DNA from: Geosiphon pyriformis uo1
Taxonomy: Eukaryota; Fungi; Glomeromycota
Assembly: GCA_016748015.1 (NCBI GenBank)
Contig: JAAOMT010000239.1
Coordinates: 547,554-611,553 of the forward strand
DNA: 64,000 nt
Direction of reading: 5' to 3'
Shown here one piece after another: positions 1-13,500 of this stretch (within the stretch, counting starts at the first letter, position 1; every line of letters begins with the position of its first letter). The position numbers and the translations under genes were made by a program. Under the pieces are notes generated by a model that had not been told where the DNA came from, made no database searches, and saw only the letters and a program-made list of their open reading frames with translations.

Positions 1-1360
1 GTGGTTGTTGTTGCTGTTGTTGTTGGTTTGTGAAGTAGCTTTCAACTTTTTTTGTGAGTTGGTCTATCTTCTCTTCAGCTGCTGAGCTGGTTTCTCTAAT
101 TGCAAGGTTTACAAGCTTGGTGTGATTTGCTTCTTCCATTGCTATTTCATAGCTCTTTGCATGTCTAATAGCAGTTGCTAAGTCTGCTGGAGCATGTGGA
201 TGGACTTTCTTAATCAGTTTGTCTTTTAACTCTGCTATAAACTGATCCAGAATTTGAGCATCAGAATAGTAGTCATTGGTTTCCAATTGTCGGATTCGTC
301 TGAGAAGTTTGTTAAATCTTCCAAGATAGGTCATAACAGTTTTAGATGTTTCTTGTTTGATATTGTGAAAGTGGTTTCTGAGAGTGATAGAGGTATTGTT
401 GTCAGTAAATTGTTGTAAAAAAGCATCTTTGAATGCTTGCCAGTTTTCAAATGGTTTTTCTAAATTTTCAAACCATTCTTCTGCTGTTCCTTGGAGAAAA
501 TAGGGAATTGCTTTGAGCATTCTTGCTGCAATCCAACCATTTGCATCTCCTGCTTTTTGAACTTTGTCAAGCCATTCTTGAGAACTAGTATCATTGTCTT
601 CACCAGTGAATTCTGGGATTTTTGCAATGTAAGCAGTTGCCATTTCTTCTTTGTTTTCTGTAATTTCTTCTGGTTTTAATTCAGTTTCTTCACTTTCCAA
701 GCTTTCTGAATGATTACTTTCATTTTCCTGTAAGTAATCAATGATATTGGCACTTGTTGATATTGGTTTCTACTGTTGAGTAGGATTTTTAGGTGACTAA
801 AAATCTTCTAGTCTGGAGAAGCGGTTGAGTGATGAATTTGGTGTTTGTGGTTGAACAAATGAAATTGGAAATGGTGTAATAGAAAGTGGTAATTTGACAC
901 TGGTTCCTTGTTCAGGTGTTCGCAAGTGTTTGGCAGTTGTTTTTTGTAATGTTGGAGTGTTTGGAGTGGTTTTTGAGTATTGCTTCAATCTTTGTTTGCC
1001 TTTGTTGTCTGTTTCTGTCTTTGATTCAAAGTCAAAAAAGTATTTAGACTGTATTGGGTATTTTTCTTTACAATACTCAATAATGTTAAAATTAAGTTCT
1101 TGGAAGTAAATAGCAAGTGTTTCACTGTTCAGGTCTTCTGTTCCTAATTGTGAATAGTGCACTAAATTATTGTAGAGGTTGCTTTTAACTTCTGAAATGT
1201 TGTAGTTTCCAAAAAGATAATTGTTGATGCAGTTTTCAATGTATTAGTATACTGATTTCTTTACAACTTCAATTCCGTCTGAAATGTTGAATCTTTGTTT
1301 GCAGTGGGTGTAAATTGACTGGTAATACTCTAGAGTTGCTGTGTTTGGTATGGTTGCCAC
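1..1360 (-). pseudogene. Element A gag with GTG-started N-terminal extension (ATG at 643-641); premature stops
   Basis: ORF 797-1162 aligns with B ORF 10598-11422. Capsid start MATAYIAKIPEFTGE. Confidence 0.85.
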
Positions 1361-1387
1361 TTTGAATTTGTTGTTACTGTGTTATTT

Positions 1388-1403
1388 CTGTGGAAGAGCA
1401 CCA
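1388..1403 (-). promoter_or_regulatory. Primer binding site of A (TGGTGCTCTTCCACAG)
   Basis: TGG-starting motif 2 nt after the LTR end; near-identical to the B PBS. Confidence 0.8.
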
Positions 1404-1405
1404 AA

Positions 1406-2396
1406 TGTTACTGGAGGTTTTTGGTCTCTTTTCTTGAATGTTGTAACTGTCTGTTGGTTGCAAATTCACGTTTTCTAGAAGTAGTTGAACCTCCAATAAC
1501 TGAATTTATCTTCAAATTATCTCCTATAATTTGAACTGCTGGGCTTATAAGTGGAATAGCCAATTTCTTGCCAGTTACTTTATGTAGTTATGTTGTAGTA
1601 AATGTCAACTCTTTCCCAGGAATTGCTCGTCTGGAAGCTCACTAAAAATGTGTAGTTACTTTGCTGTGAAAGTCAACTCTTCTACAGGAATCTTGTCTGT
1701 AGGCTACTCTAATGATTGTAATAAGAAAAAAAAATAAAAATAAAAGAAATGTAAAAAAAATAGGATTTTATCAAGGGAAACATTTTCTATTCAGGCCTGG
1801 AATCACTAACAGTTTACTGAAATTGGTAGCTAATCAATTTCGAAATATTAGTTCGATTTTGGGGATTTTCCAAGTACAATAATTAAAGAATTTGGTTTTT
1901 CGAATTATTTGATATTTATTTCTTTTTGTGTATATAGAAACAGTTCTAAGTAATAAATCTAAAGTAAGATACATTTTCTTGAAGAGAAAAGCTTTTCTTT
2001 TATACAACTTGTTGTAGTACTAGTCTATAAACTTGCACTTTTTCTTTTTGCCCAAATTTTGGCGAACTAAAGATACATTTTGATGAACTACAAGTTATTT
2101 TGCTAAACTATTAATTAATTTGGGTAAACTATTCATAATTTCGGTGACTTTCTGTAAATTTCAGTGAATTTCTGTAAATTTCAGCAAATTTTAGAATATT
2201 ACAAAGTTCAGAGTATTGTGTAATTTGATCATTTTACTTTCTGTTATACTAATTAGATTCTTTTAATTGAATCATGATATGTGATAATTGATTAAATAAT
2301 AAATAATAATTTGAAATAATATTAATATACTAATTAATTATAGGAATTATAAGGGTAATTTCATGCTAATTAATAGCTAAAATTCTACTGGTAACA
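1406..2396 (-). repeat. 5' LTR of element A (991 bp)
   Basis: TGTTAC...GTAACA termini; homologous to B LTRs. Confidence 0.92.
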
Positions 2397-2642
2397 ACAT
2401 TTATGGAAGATATTGTACTAGGAGAATCATCAACTATCAAGCTGAACAAGCAATTGACAAAACTACGGTTTCAGGAAACTACTAATAAACTGTTACCTTT
2501 AAATCTCTGTCCATTATACAATGAACTCAATTGGAAAAACCTTTAGACAAAATACCTTCAGATTATTATTGTTACCAATTACTTTGAGCACCAAGTTATG
2601 AGTTTGTTATTCACAAAACACTCCAAAGAAACATTTGTAACA
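2397..2642 (+). repeat. 3' part of the 5' LTR of element C
   Basis: About 88% identical to 18939-19180; ends TGTAACA. Confidence 0.9.
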
Positions 2643-2644
2643 TT

Positions 2645-2661
2645 TGGTGCTCCCTGTGAGG
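2645..2661 (+). promoter_or_regulatory. Primer binding site of C (TGGTGCTCCCTGTGAGG)
   Basis: Follows the LTR end. Same motif in D, F and G. Resembles the complement of a tRNA-Met(e)/Ile 3' end; tRNA identity not established. Confidence 0.82.
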
Positions 2662-2704
2662 TATAATCCTACAGAGAACTAGCACCAATAAGAACAAACC
2701 AAAA

Positions 2705-5700
2705 GTGACAGAATCAGAAAATATAGGAACAAACCATTTAGGATTCATGAAATCCTTGTTTTAACAATACAGCCAACAATTAGAATTAAACAGTAATTAT
2801 TATCTAGCCAAATCAGTCTTCAATTTCTATGTCAATGACAAAATTACTGAATACTTAAGAGGAACAGTTAACATTGAAGCAGCAAGAAAAAACTTTTACA
2901 CAGAATTATTTTAACACACCAACTTACCAAGAAACTATAGTTTCGCACCAATAATCAGAGAAATTAACCAAACTATTGAAAGGTACACTCAACAACAATT
3001 TCCTATTACCTATGCAGATAAAGGCAAAGGAAGGTTACAAACACCAGCAGTAATACTTAAAGAGATACAACTACCAACCTGGAAGAAACAAAGAATTGAA
3101 TCCCCACCATATCCATCATATCATCACACACCTGGAAGCACTATCAATATTTCATCGGCAGGCGCATTCACACCAAACGTGACATCAACATTTGGACAAT
3201 TTCCATTCCAAAGTAAACAAAAGAAAGCGGAGTTATTAAAACCATATGGCAAATATTTCAAGAGATTTAAATTATGATCACCAACGCCATCAGGAATTCA
3301 ATTACTGCCACCTCCACCAAATTTTGGAATCTCTGATTCATGGGAAATAACAGAATCAGAAGAAAAAGAAGAAAAAGAAACTGAGGATCAAGAATTCACT
3401 TACCAGAATCTGATCACTAAAAACCCGGAATTTGAAATCCCAAATCTTTAGAACCAGTAAAATTTAAATTCAATAAATTCAAAAGTTGAAACTCTGAATA
3501 TTCAGACACCGCCAACTCAAGATAATTGAAACCCTGATTTAATTAATCAACTAAACTTATCTCCAGTAATTGTTATCAATCAACCACCAATTGATTCAAT
3601 AGCCAAACCCATCCAGCAGCCACTTCAACTACCATCTCAACAAAATCAACAACCACTTCAACAGCCACCACAATCACCCAACTTAGATCCAATAGTCTAT
3701 GCACCAATTGCGAAATTGGATAATTTCACCAGCAAAAAGAACGATGCTCAAGTATGGCTGAACAATGTGGAAAAAGCCATCACAGCCAATGGATGGAATG
3801 ACATCTGAGCAATGCAAGCCATTCCCTATTTTTTCAAAGATACTGCCAATTTATGGTATTAGAGCTTGATTAATAAACCACAAGACTTCAATGCCTTCAA
3901 AGTGGAATTTTTAAGATATTTCAGCAACAATAATAGTATCAATTACCTAGTCAATACATTTATTACTATGAAGCAAGGAAAAATAGAAGCAGTCACCACT
4001 TATCTGGAACACTTTCATAGAAATTTGCACCAGATCCAGACAATTGATGCCAACTATTTTACAGTGCCACAGATCCTTAACCAGTTTATCTGTAGCCTGC
4101 ACAGCAGCATCTTGCAACATATATGCCCATTGCATCCAGGCACCCTTCAAGATACAATTACACATGCCAGAAATTTTGAATCAGCTGAGTCTAAGGCCAA
4201 CCACGCCCAAGCTGTTAATTTAGTGATGAACGGATCATCTGAATTGGACTCCAAATTGAAACAATTCAGTAATTCAATTAATCAAAAATTAGAAGAATAC
4301 TTAGCTGACAATTGTGCAATTTATCAACCACCTCAATGATGCAGCAATTTAAGAAACTACAATCATTCCCAAAATTAAGCACATCCCTCAACATCAGCCA
4401 ATCAGCAATGGCAGCCAGAGACACATGTCTACCACAACTGTGATAAACAAGAGCACATTAGAGCAAACTGCAATGCTTATAACCACCAGCGATTGGGAAA
4501 TTAATATAGAAACCCCGATCACCAATTTCAAACTCCAAGATATCAACAAAATCAGAAACAATATTAAAACACCTACTTGTCAATGATGCAGCAGCCAATT
4601 TACCAAGCACCAGTATATCAGACTCTAGTTTATCAACTGCAGCCACCAGCAATATATCAACCACAGCCACCAGTAATATATCAACTGCAGCCACAAGTAA
4701 TCTATCAACCCCAATCAATTCAGACACCACCCCAAAATTCAGTTAATATAACATCAGGCCACTCCAGACTTAGAATTACACAAAACTGGAGATCGACGAT
4801 GGTTGTCCACCAACTGATCTCCAGTTTTTTCAACTCACCATCAGGATTGCATTTTCGAAATTTGGGTACCAGTGCCACCCAAAACCCAAATTCTCAGAAC
4901 TATTTAAGTCTTCTGGTTACCCCAAAAGATGCCACCACCAACAATTCGGGACCCAACCAACAACAAACACTTACCAGCAACATTTCACCAACAACTGTCA
5001 CCAATGACGAATTGCTTGCAGCCATCTTTCTCTTTGACTTGGAAGAAACAATCAAAATTCTATTATTCAGTGGAGCAGCTTTGGAAGAAAAGCCAATCAC
5101 CACCATGTATACAGATGCCAAAATCAATGGCCATGCCATCAAACTAATCTTGGATAGTGGATCAGCTGGCAGCATCATAACAAGACAACTCATGGATCAG
5201 TTAGGTTGCTGAGTTGACCAAACTGCCAATGCAAGGATCATCACAGCTGATGGAGCAACCAAAACTCCAATAGGTGAAATAGACAACCTACCTATCAAAA
5301 TTAATAGCATCACAGTACCCATCAAAGTCTTTGTAATAGAAGCCACACAATACCAGGCTTTGGTGGGTAACAATTGGTTGTCAAAAACCCATGCTACCCT
5401 TGATTGGACCACCTAAGAACTACAATTAATCTTTGGTGGTCAGCATACTTAAACACCAGCCATTTGTGGCCACTTTAAGCCAAGCAATATTCAACTGCTC
5501 ATCAAGTTCGAAAAAGAAACAAGGAAACCGACCTGGGAAGCCTACCAAGTCTCATGGACTGATGAAGACCACAACAAGCTATCACTGATACTTTCTTGGG
5601 ACAATAAGGGAAAAGGGAAGGAAAACAAGAAACTTATCTGGAAAACCAACCAAAACTGAGAAATGGATAATGACCAAGACAAACCAGCCAACTGGAAGTG

Positions 5701-8700
5701 GGAAGAAACTGATAAGGGAAAGAAGAAAGAAGAAAAAACCACTCTCATCAACAGCACTTAGAGTTCAGACATGTACACTTTATCACCACCAACCAATTAT
5801 CATTGACCAAAATTGGAATGCATTAATTGTGGCAAGAAATTGTTAACAATGAGTGCATGCTGTGGCGACAATGAGGAATACTCCACGGCCACAAGATTTT
5901 ACTGCCGCCCATGTATCATAGAACACTTTGAATGACCAAAACAACAAGGAAAGTGGGATAACCAACCATGTCTCACATATGGAACTATTCTACCAGACAA
6001 AGAAATATGGAGTGACATTCCTGGGCATGGAGGAACGTGTAATAAGACATGTCAGTACACTATACTAATAAATAATTGGATAAGCAAAGAAACACCAATT
6101 GATGACACCTGGAAATGAGCATTGCAATGATTGGAAGGATATTCCCACGACAAAGACGAACTATGGAGAATGGCGTATGCAAAAGTAGAAGGCGTGACAA
6201 CCAGCAAACTACTAGAGATAAAAAATAATCCTTTATCACTTCCCGAACTCAAATATGAGCAAACTTTTGACATCTTTGGCAACATTGAGGATGACCTCGA
6301 AGAATTTTATAAACATTATCAGCATTTGGCACCTACTAGGAAAGAACAAGAGCAATGTTTAGAGCAGTTGAATACTCGATTATGTCAACATTGCTTAATC
6401 CCATGTGACTTTCAGTATTGTAATGAGTGTGATCTCATCTACAATCCACCACCACGCATGATCTACACAATCCCAAAGGAAAAGGAACCAATCAGCAGTT
6501 GCACATCAGAATCAGAATTACTGTTTGATCCCGATTCAAACTCCAACAACGATGATAACAAAAACACTGGTTCCAGCTCTGTCCAATATGATGAGAGAAA
6601 TAACAATGATTCCAACTCAGATTTAAACTCCGATCCAAATTATGGACAATATATTGCACTTCCTGACCTCACCAAGGAACAGGAACTTAAATGGTTCAAC
6701 AATAATAATGAAGGTATTATGTCAGAATGCATGCATGATACTGATGCTGGGTTTGATTTGAGGTATTCAGGAAAAAATGCCATCAAATTGGAACCACATT
6801 CACACATCTGCCTGGATTTGAAAATAGCACTGGAAATTCTGACAACAACAATGGTTCAATTAGCATTTAGGAATAGTTTAATAAAAAGAGGAATTAATAT
6901 AAGAGGAGGAATAATTGATGCTGGATATGTGGAAAATATTATTACTATGCTACAAAATGACTCAGAAAAGGCTTATATAATAGAGCCCAACAAAAAAATA
7001 GCACAGACAATATTTCTGCCTCTGGTTAGAGTAGCTCAGTTAGTATCAGTGGGAAAGAGGGAGGAATTAGGAATAACAGTAAGAGGGATACAGAGATTCG
7101 GATCGACAGGTAAAGTAGATGTACCAGTCAATATGGCAGAAAAAGAAATTGTTGACCAAGAGAAAATTATCTCAACAGGTCAAACAATTTTCATTCCACC
7201 ATATGGCCAGTACATAATAGGAATAAAGCAAGAAGTAAAAGAACAAAATCAGATTTTTGAAGCAAAACCAACCCTTTGTGAATCAGGAAAGATTGAACTT
7301 ATCAATCTCTATATACCAGCCAAAGATTACAGCCACATCAAAATTCCCATCTACAATAACACAGGAAATGTCATAGTAATACCAGCCAGAATCACTATTG
7401 GATACTTAAGCACTGAAATAGAAGATTAATCACCAAGCACCATTCCGGACTTTCTACAGCTTTGTGGATATGTCAATATCACATCACAAATGATATATGG
7501 ATAAAGCAAATGTTATTTGCTCCAACCAGAACAATTAGAACAAATAAACATGAGAAACTTAGATCCACTCCAATGTATGCAACTTAAGATGTTGCTCAAC
7601 AATTTCAACAACATCTTTGTCAGCAAAAACAAGTTTGGCCAAACGGACATCATTCAGCATTAGATCAAGACTAGAGATGCAATGCCAATTAAACAAAGAG
7701 TATACAGAGTACTACCAGCTAGTCACAAGATTATCCATTAAGAGATAAATTGAATGTTTGACAACAGGCTAATTTAGCCATCAATAAATCCATGGTTATC
7801 ACCAGTGGTATTCATCTGGAAAAAGAATAGGAAAATCCGCTTTTGTGTGGATTATAGAAAACTCAATAGAGTAACTCATGGAGATAGCTACCTCACTCCA
7901 CGGATCTAAGAATTATTTGATGCTTTTAGTGGAAACAAATAGTTTTCAACATTAAACCTGGACAATAGTTACTGGCAAGTAGCCATGGACCCAGCTGACA
8001 AAGAAAAGACAGCATTTATCACCAGAAAAGAGAATTTTGAATTTGAAGTAATGCCATTTGGCTTAACCAATGCATCAGCCACTTTCCAATAGCTAATGAA
8101 AATTGTTTATATGGGCTTATTATGAAAATCAGTAGTTGTATACTTAGACAACACCAATGTATTCTCAAAAACATTTGATGATCATCTTCATCATCTTCAA
8201 CAAGTGTTCAAAAGACTAAAAAGAGCAGGACTAAAGTTAAATACAACAAAGTGCTTTTTTGGCAAGACAGAACTAAAATTCTTGGGACACATAGTCAGCA
8301 AAGATGGCATTAAAACAGATCCAGAGAAAATAGAGATAGTAAAAAACTTTCTAATGCCAACCAATATGACAGAACTGAAATCATTTTTAAGATTTGCCAG
8401 CTATTATCAACATTTTATCAAGAACCTTTCCAAGATAGTGCAGCCACTCAACCAACTGCAAATCAAAAATACAAAATATGAATGAACAGAAAGTCAACAA
8501 GAAGCTTTTGATATTCTGAAAAGAAAGCTTATTCAAACTTCAGTACTGATCTATCCAGATCACAGCAAACCATTTATCATTACTACTAATGCATCTGGCC
8601 AAGCATTGAGAGCAGTACTATCTCAGAGAGGACCAAACGGCAGAGAACATCCAGTAGCATATGCCAGCAGAGATTTAACACCAGCTGAAAAGAACTATGG

Positions 8701-8944
8701 AACACCGGAACAAGAACACTTAGCAATATACTGAGCAGTTATGAAATGAAAAAAATACTTGAGCCAGAAGTTTGAAGTATACACAGATCACAAAGAATTA
8801 ACATCATTTCAAAAACAAAAATTTGAAGATGGAAGACAGTCAAGATGAAAAATGGCACTTGCACCATATAATTATACTATACATTATAAAAAGGGAAAAA
8901 ACAATGGAAATGCTGACAGTTTGTTACAAATGAGACAAATCTAA
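2705..8944 (+). pseudogene. Element C polyprotein: N-terminal extension-Gag-aspartic protease-Cys-rich domain-dUTPase-RT-RNase H (one frame, many nonsense substitutions)
   Basis: ORF fragments at 3866, 4577, 6131 and 8204 share a frame. Motifs LILDSGS, RFCVDYR, MPFGL, YLDN, FLGH and RNase H NAD. Confidence 0.9.
6690..7110 (+). other. dut: Trimeric dUTPase domain within the element C polyprotein
   Basis: Motifs DAGFDL, GIIDAGY, IAQ, RG.xRFGSTG. Confidence 0.9.
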
Positions 8945-9006
8945 GAACATTTCAACCCAAAAATATAACAAAACCAGGACAATACCAATGAAAAATATAA
9001 CAAAAG

Positions 9007-9573
9007 ATGAACATACAAAAATATTAACAACTGCTACATTATATAAACACTCAACAGTTCAAGGAGAATTTATCTCAAACAGAATGAAAGAATATCAAAC
9101 AACAATCAAAATATTTTATCACTTACCAAAATATACTTTATCAGAAAAATAGAAGAAATCTAGAGCAACCAACCAGAGTAATTACAGAGCCAGAAAAAGA
9201 GACAATATTATTCAACATGCACTCAAATCCAACAGCAGAACACTTTTACAAAGAAGTAACTATGGAAAGAACCAGAAAAAGATACTATTGACCATTAATA
9301 TATCCAGACATCATCCAAAATTGTGATGCTTGTCAGCGAAGAGAAGGTATAAAACCCAGTGAACCATTAAGACCAATCAAAGTGGGACAACCATTCAACC
9401 ATATTGGAATTGATTTAGTCAGACCATTAACAATTACCAGCGGAAAAAACAGATACATAGCAGTAACCATAGACTATCTCACTAAATGGCCAGAGACAAA
9501 AGCAATTCAAAGAGCGGATGCAGAATCCATTGCCAAATTCATTCATCAAGATTTAATTTGTTGACATGGATGT
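9007..9573 (+). pseudogene. Element C integrase, N-terminal part (separate ORF with own ATG), interrupted by B
   Basis: HHCC zinc motif and GIDLV...DYLTKWPE core start. Confidence 0.88.
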
Positions 9574-10552
9574 TGTTACCAGATGAAATTAGAGATATTA
9601 TTTAGTATGAAACTATCTTATAATTCTTATCATTAATTAGCATATATTATCATTTCAAATTATCACTTATAACATTAGCAAAAATGTCCGAAATTATCAT
9701 TAATTAATAACCCAAATTGTACACAACACAAATGTAACCTAATTGCGATGATCAATCATGCAATACCCCGAACTATGTAACATTCAGAAGTTCGCCAAAA
9801 TTTGTAGAAATTCGCTGAAATAATTGATAGTTCACCGAAATATCTAATAGTTCGCCAAAATAACTTGTAGTTTGCCGAAATGTATCTTTAGTTCAGCGAA
9901 ATTGTAGAAAATAGCAAAGTTCAAGTTCATAGAATAGTGTTACAACAAGTTGTATAAAAGAAGAGCTTCTCTCTCCAAGAAAATGTATCTTACCTTAGAT
10001 TTATCTCTTAAAACTGTTCCTATATACACAAAAAAAAATAAATATCAAATAATTCGAAAAACCAAATTCTTTAATTATTGTACTTGAAAAATTCCCAAAA
10101 CCCAACTAACATTTCGAAATTGATTAGCTATCAATTTCAGTAAACTGTTAGTGACTCCAGGCCTGGATAGAAAACGTTTCTCTTGACAAAATTCTATTTT
10201 TTTTACATTTCTTTTAGTTTTCTTTTCTTTTCTTATTACAATTATTAGGGTAGCCTACAGACGAGATTCCTGTAGAAGAGTTGACTTTCACAGCAAAGTA
10301 ACTACACATTTTTAGTGAGCTTCCAGACGAACAATTTCTAGGAAAGAGTTGACATTTACTACAACATAACTACATAAAGTAACTGGCAAGGAATTGGCTA
10401 TTCCACTCATAAGCCCAGCAAGTTCAAATTATAGGAGATAATTTGAAGATAAATTCAGTTACTAGAGGTTCAACCACATTCAGAAAACGTGAATTCACAG
10501 CAAATAAGTATCAACAACATTACAGAAAAGAGACCAAAAACCTTCGATAACA
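9574..10552 (+). repeat. 5' LTR of element B
   Basis: Direct repeat of 15811-16789 with TG...CA termini. Confidence 0.95.
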
Positions 10553-10554
10553 TT

Positions 10555-10570
10555 TGGTGCTCTCCCACGG
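10555..10570 (+). promoter_or_regulatory. Primer binding site of B (TGGTGCTCTCCCACGG)
   Basis: 2 nt after the LTR end. Confidence 0.82.
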
Positions 10571-10597
10571 GAATAACACAGCAAAAACAAATTCAAA

Positions 10598-13500
10598 GTG
10601 GCGACCACACCAGTTGCAACAACTCTAGAGTATTACCAATCAATTTACACCCACTGCAAGCAAAGATTCAACATTCCAGACGGAATTGAAGTTGTCAAGA
10701 AATCAGTATACCAATACATTGAAAACCGCATCAACAATTATCTTTTTGGAAATTACAATATCTCAGAAGTCAGAAGCAACCTTTACAATAATTTAGTACA
10801 CTATTCACAGTTGGGAACTGAAGACCTTAATAGTGAAACACTTGCCACTTACTTTTACGAACTTAATTTTAACATTATCAAATACTGTGAAAAAACATAT
10901 CTAGTGCAATCTCAATACACTATTGATTTTGAATCAGAAACAGAAACAAGCAACAAAAACAAATTAAAGCAATATTCAAGAACCACCCCAAATACTCCAA
11001 CACTACCAAAAACAATTGCCAAACATTTACAAACACCTGAACAAGGAACCAGCTCAAAACTTCCACTTACTATCACACCTTTTCCAGCCTCACTTGTACA
11101 AGCACAAACACCTAATTCACACTTGAATCGATTTGCAAGACCAGAAGATTTTACATCACTCAGAAGTCCCACCAGACAACAAGAACCCCTTCAAACTAGT
11201 TCCAATCTCCTTGATTTTCTAGCTGAAAATCAAAGTGAACACTCTGAGACAGCAGCAAACAAAGAAAACAACTCTAAAATAACCAAAGAAGAATCAATAG
11301 ACAGTGAAAACAAAATGACAACATACATCGCAAAAATTCCTGAATTCAATGGAGAAGATATTGAGACCAGTCCCCAAGAATGGCTTGACCAAGTTACTAA
11401 AGCTGGAGATGCAAATGGATGAAACACTGCCAGAATGTTAAGAACAATTCCCTACTTTCTTAAAGGAACAGCAGAAGAATGGTTTAAAAACCTTGCCACC
11501 CCATTCAATGATTGGAATGCTTTCAAAGCAGCCTTCCTTGAACAGTTCACTGACAATAATACCTCTATCACTCTTCGCAATCATTTTTGAAATATCAAAC
11601 AAGAACCCTCCGAATCTGTTATGACTTATATTGGGAAATTCAACAAACTTCTCAGATGGATTCGCCAACTCGAGACAAACGATTATTATTTCGATGCTCA
11701 AATCTTGGATCAATTTATTGCTGGTCTAAAAGATAAACTAATTAAAAAGGTTTGCCCACATGTGCCAGAAGATTTAAACTCTGCAATACAGTATGTGAAA
11801 AGATACGAAATGGCCATAGAAGAAGCCAATCATACAAAACTTGTAAATTTGGCAATTGGAGAACCCAGTTCAGCAGCTGAGGAAAAAATTGACCAACTCA
11901 CAAAGAAGGTCAAAAACTATTTTACTAACCAACAACAACAACAACCCCAAAGATATCAACCACCTCAAAGACAAAATCAAAATAACTTTGCACCACTTTC
12001 CAATAACCAGCCCCAGAATTGCCATTACTGTGGAATCTCTGGCCACTGGAAAAGAGATTGCAGAAAGCTGCAACGAGACCAACAAAATAGGGGTAATCAA
12101 CATTACTCTCTACCACAGCAATCTTATTATTAACCATTACCACCAGCTTACTATCCACCAAGACCCCAATACCAAAATAACTATTATCAGCCTGCCCCAC
12201 AACCAATCCAACAGCAATACCAACAACCACCCACACAACATTATCAAGTACCTGCTCAAAGACTGATTACACAAAATCAATTCACACCACAAAACCAATA
12301 CCAAGTAAACAACATTAGAATCAGTTCAAACAACCAATTGGTTCCCCGAAATACCACTCAACCAAGATCCAACCATTACTACACTCAACCCAGTTATTTA
12401 ACAATGCCAGAAGAACAGGATTTTCACCATACTGCACCCTCGGAAGGTAAAGCTACAGCACAACAACAACAAAACCCTTCTTATAACCACATCACTATTC
12501 CACCAGTCCGAATTGCTGAAAATGCCAATCTCTCTGATATCTTTCCTTTTGAATTTGAAGCAAATAAATCACCATTCTTGCTTAGCAATGCAACAGCTAA
12601 TGAGCAAAAAGCCATCACTGCAATGTACGCAGAAGCTGAAGTAGAAGGAAAGCCAATTTGCTTGATCTTAGACAGTGGATCTGCCGGAAGCATTATTACC
12701 TACCAGTTAATGCAACAATTGAAAAGAAATGTCGACCGACCAGCTCAAACAGTAATCGTCACTGCTGATGGCATGAAAAAAACTCCAGTAGGAGAAATTG
12801 ACAATTTTCCATTCACTCTTGATGGAATCACCATTTCAGTCAAAGTTCTTATAATAGACGCACCCCAGTACCAAGCTCTCATCGGAAATGATTGGCTTCA
12901 AAAAGCCAATGCTAATCTGAATTGGGAAACACAAGAGTTAACAATCTCCTACCAAGGACAACATGCCCGAGTATCTGCCATTTGTGGTACATTCAACAAA
13001 CGCTCTGAAAAAGCCCTGGCTTTTGAATTTGAACCAAAAGAAGAAAAACCAATAATCGAAACATTCATGGCTCTTGGATCAACATCCAACTGGGCCGATG
13101 AAACAGAACAAGAACATTTTACTCCACACACTAAACCCAAAATCTCTGGATGGAATATACCTTACTCAAAACCTGAACCAAGAAAACAATGCCCTTATAT
13201 TCCCCTTAAATGTAAGGACTGTCACAAGAAACTATCGTCAATGGGAGCCTGCATTTCACCTGAAGAAGAATATGAGAATCATACTTGTTATTACTGCAAG
13301 GCTTGCCACAGAGAGCGATGGGGCCATCTAATAAAAAGGAGCGGAAAATAGGACAACACCCCTTGTTTGACTTGTGGAGATATGCTACCAGAAGAATGCA
13401 ATTGGATTGATATAGCAATGAAAGGAGGCATCTGCGATCAGACCTGCCAATATGCTTTATCAATTTCAGAAAAAGTAAAAAGAGGAACACTCTTTAATGC

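Larger units (their letters stand above)
1..2396 (-). mobile_element. Ty3/Gypsy element A (same family as B): 5' LTR, PBS and gag; runs off the left edge; inserted into the 5' LTR of element C
   Basis: Reverse complement matches the B LTR and gag. LTR is TGTTACCAG...GTAACA. Sequence after 2396 resumes mid-way through the C LTR (compare 18935-19180). Confidence 0.93.

Noticed and set aside
894-1109. Numerous antisense and alternative-frame ORFs over the retroelements
   Set aside because: Shadows of A/C-rich coding strands; no motifs and no independent conservation.
3700-8900. Alternative genetic code (TGA read as Trp/Arg) explaining in-frame stops
   Set aside because: Stop positions differ between copies and include TAA and TAG from CAA, CAG and TGG. 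The kinase uses the standard code.
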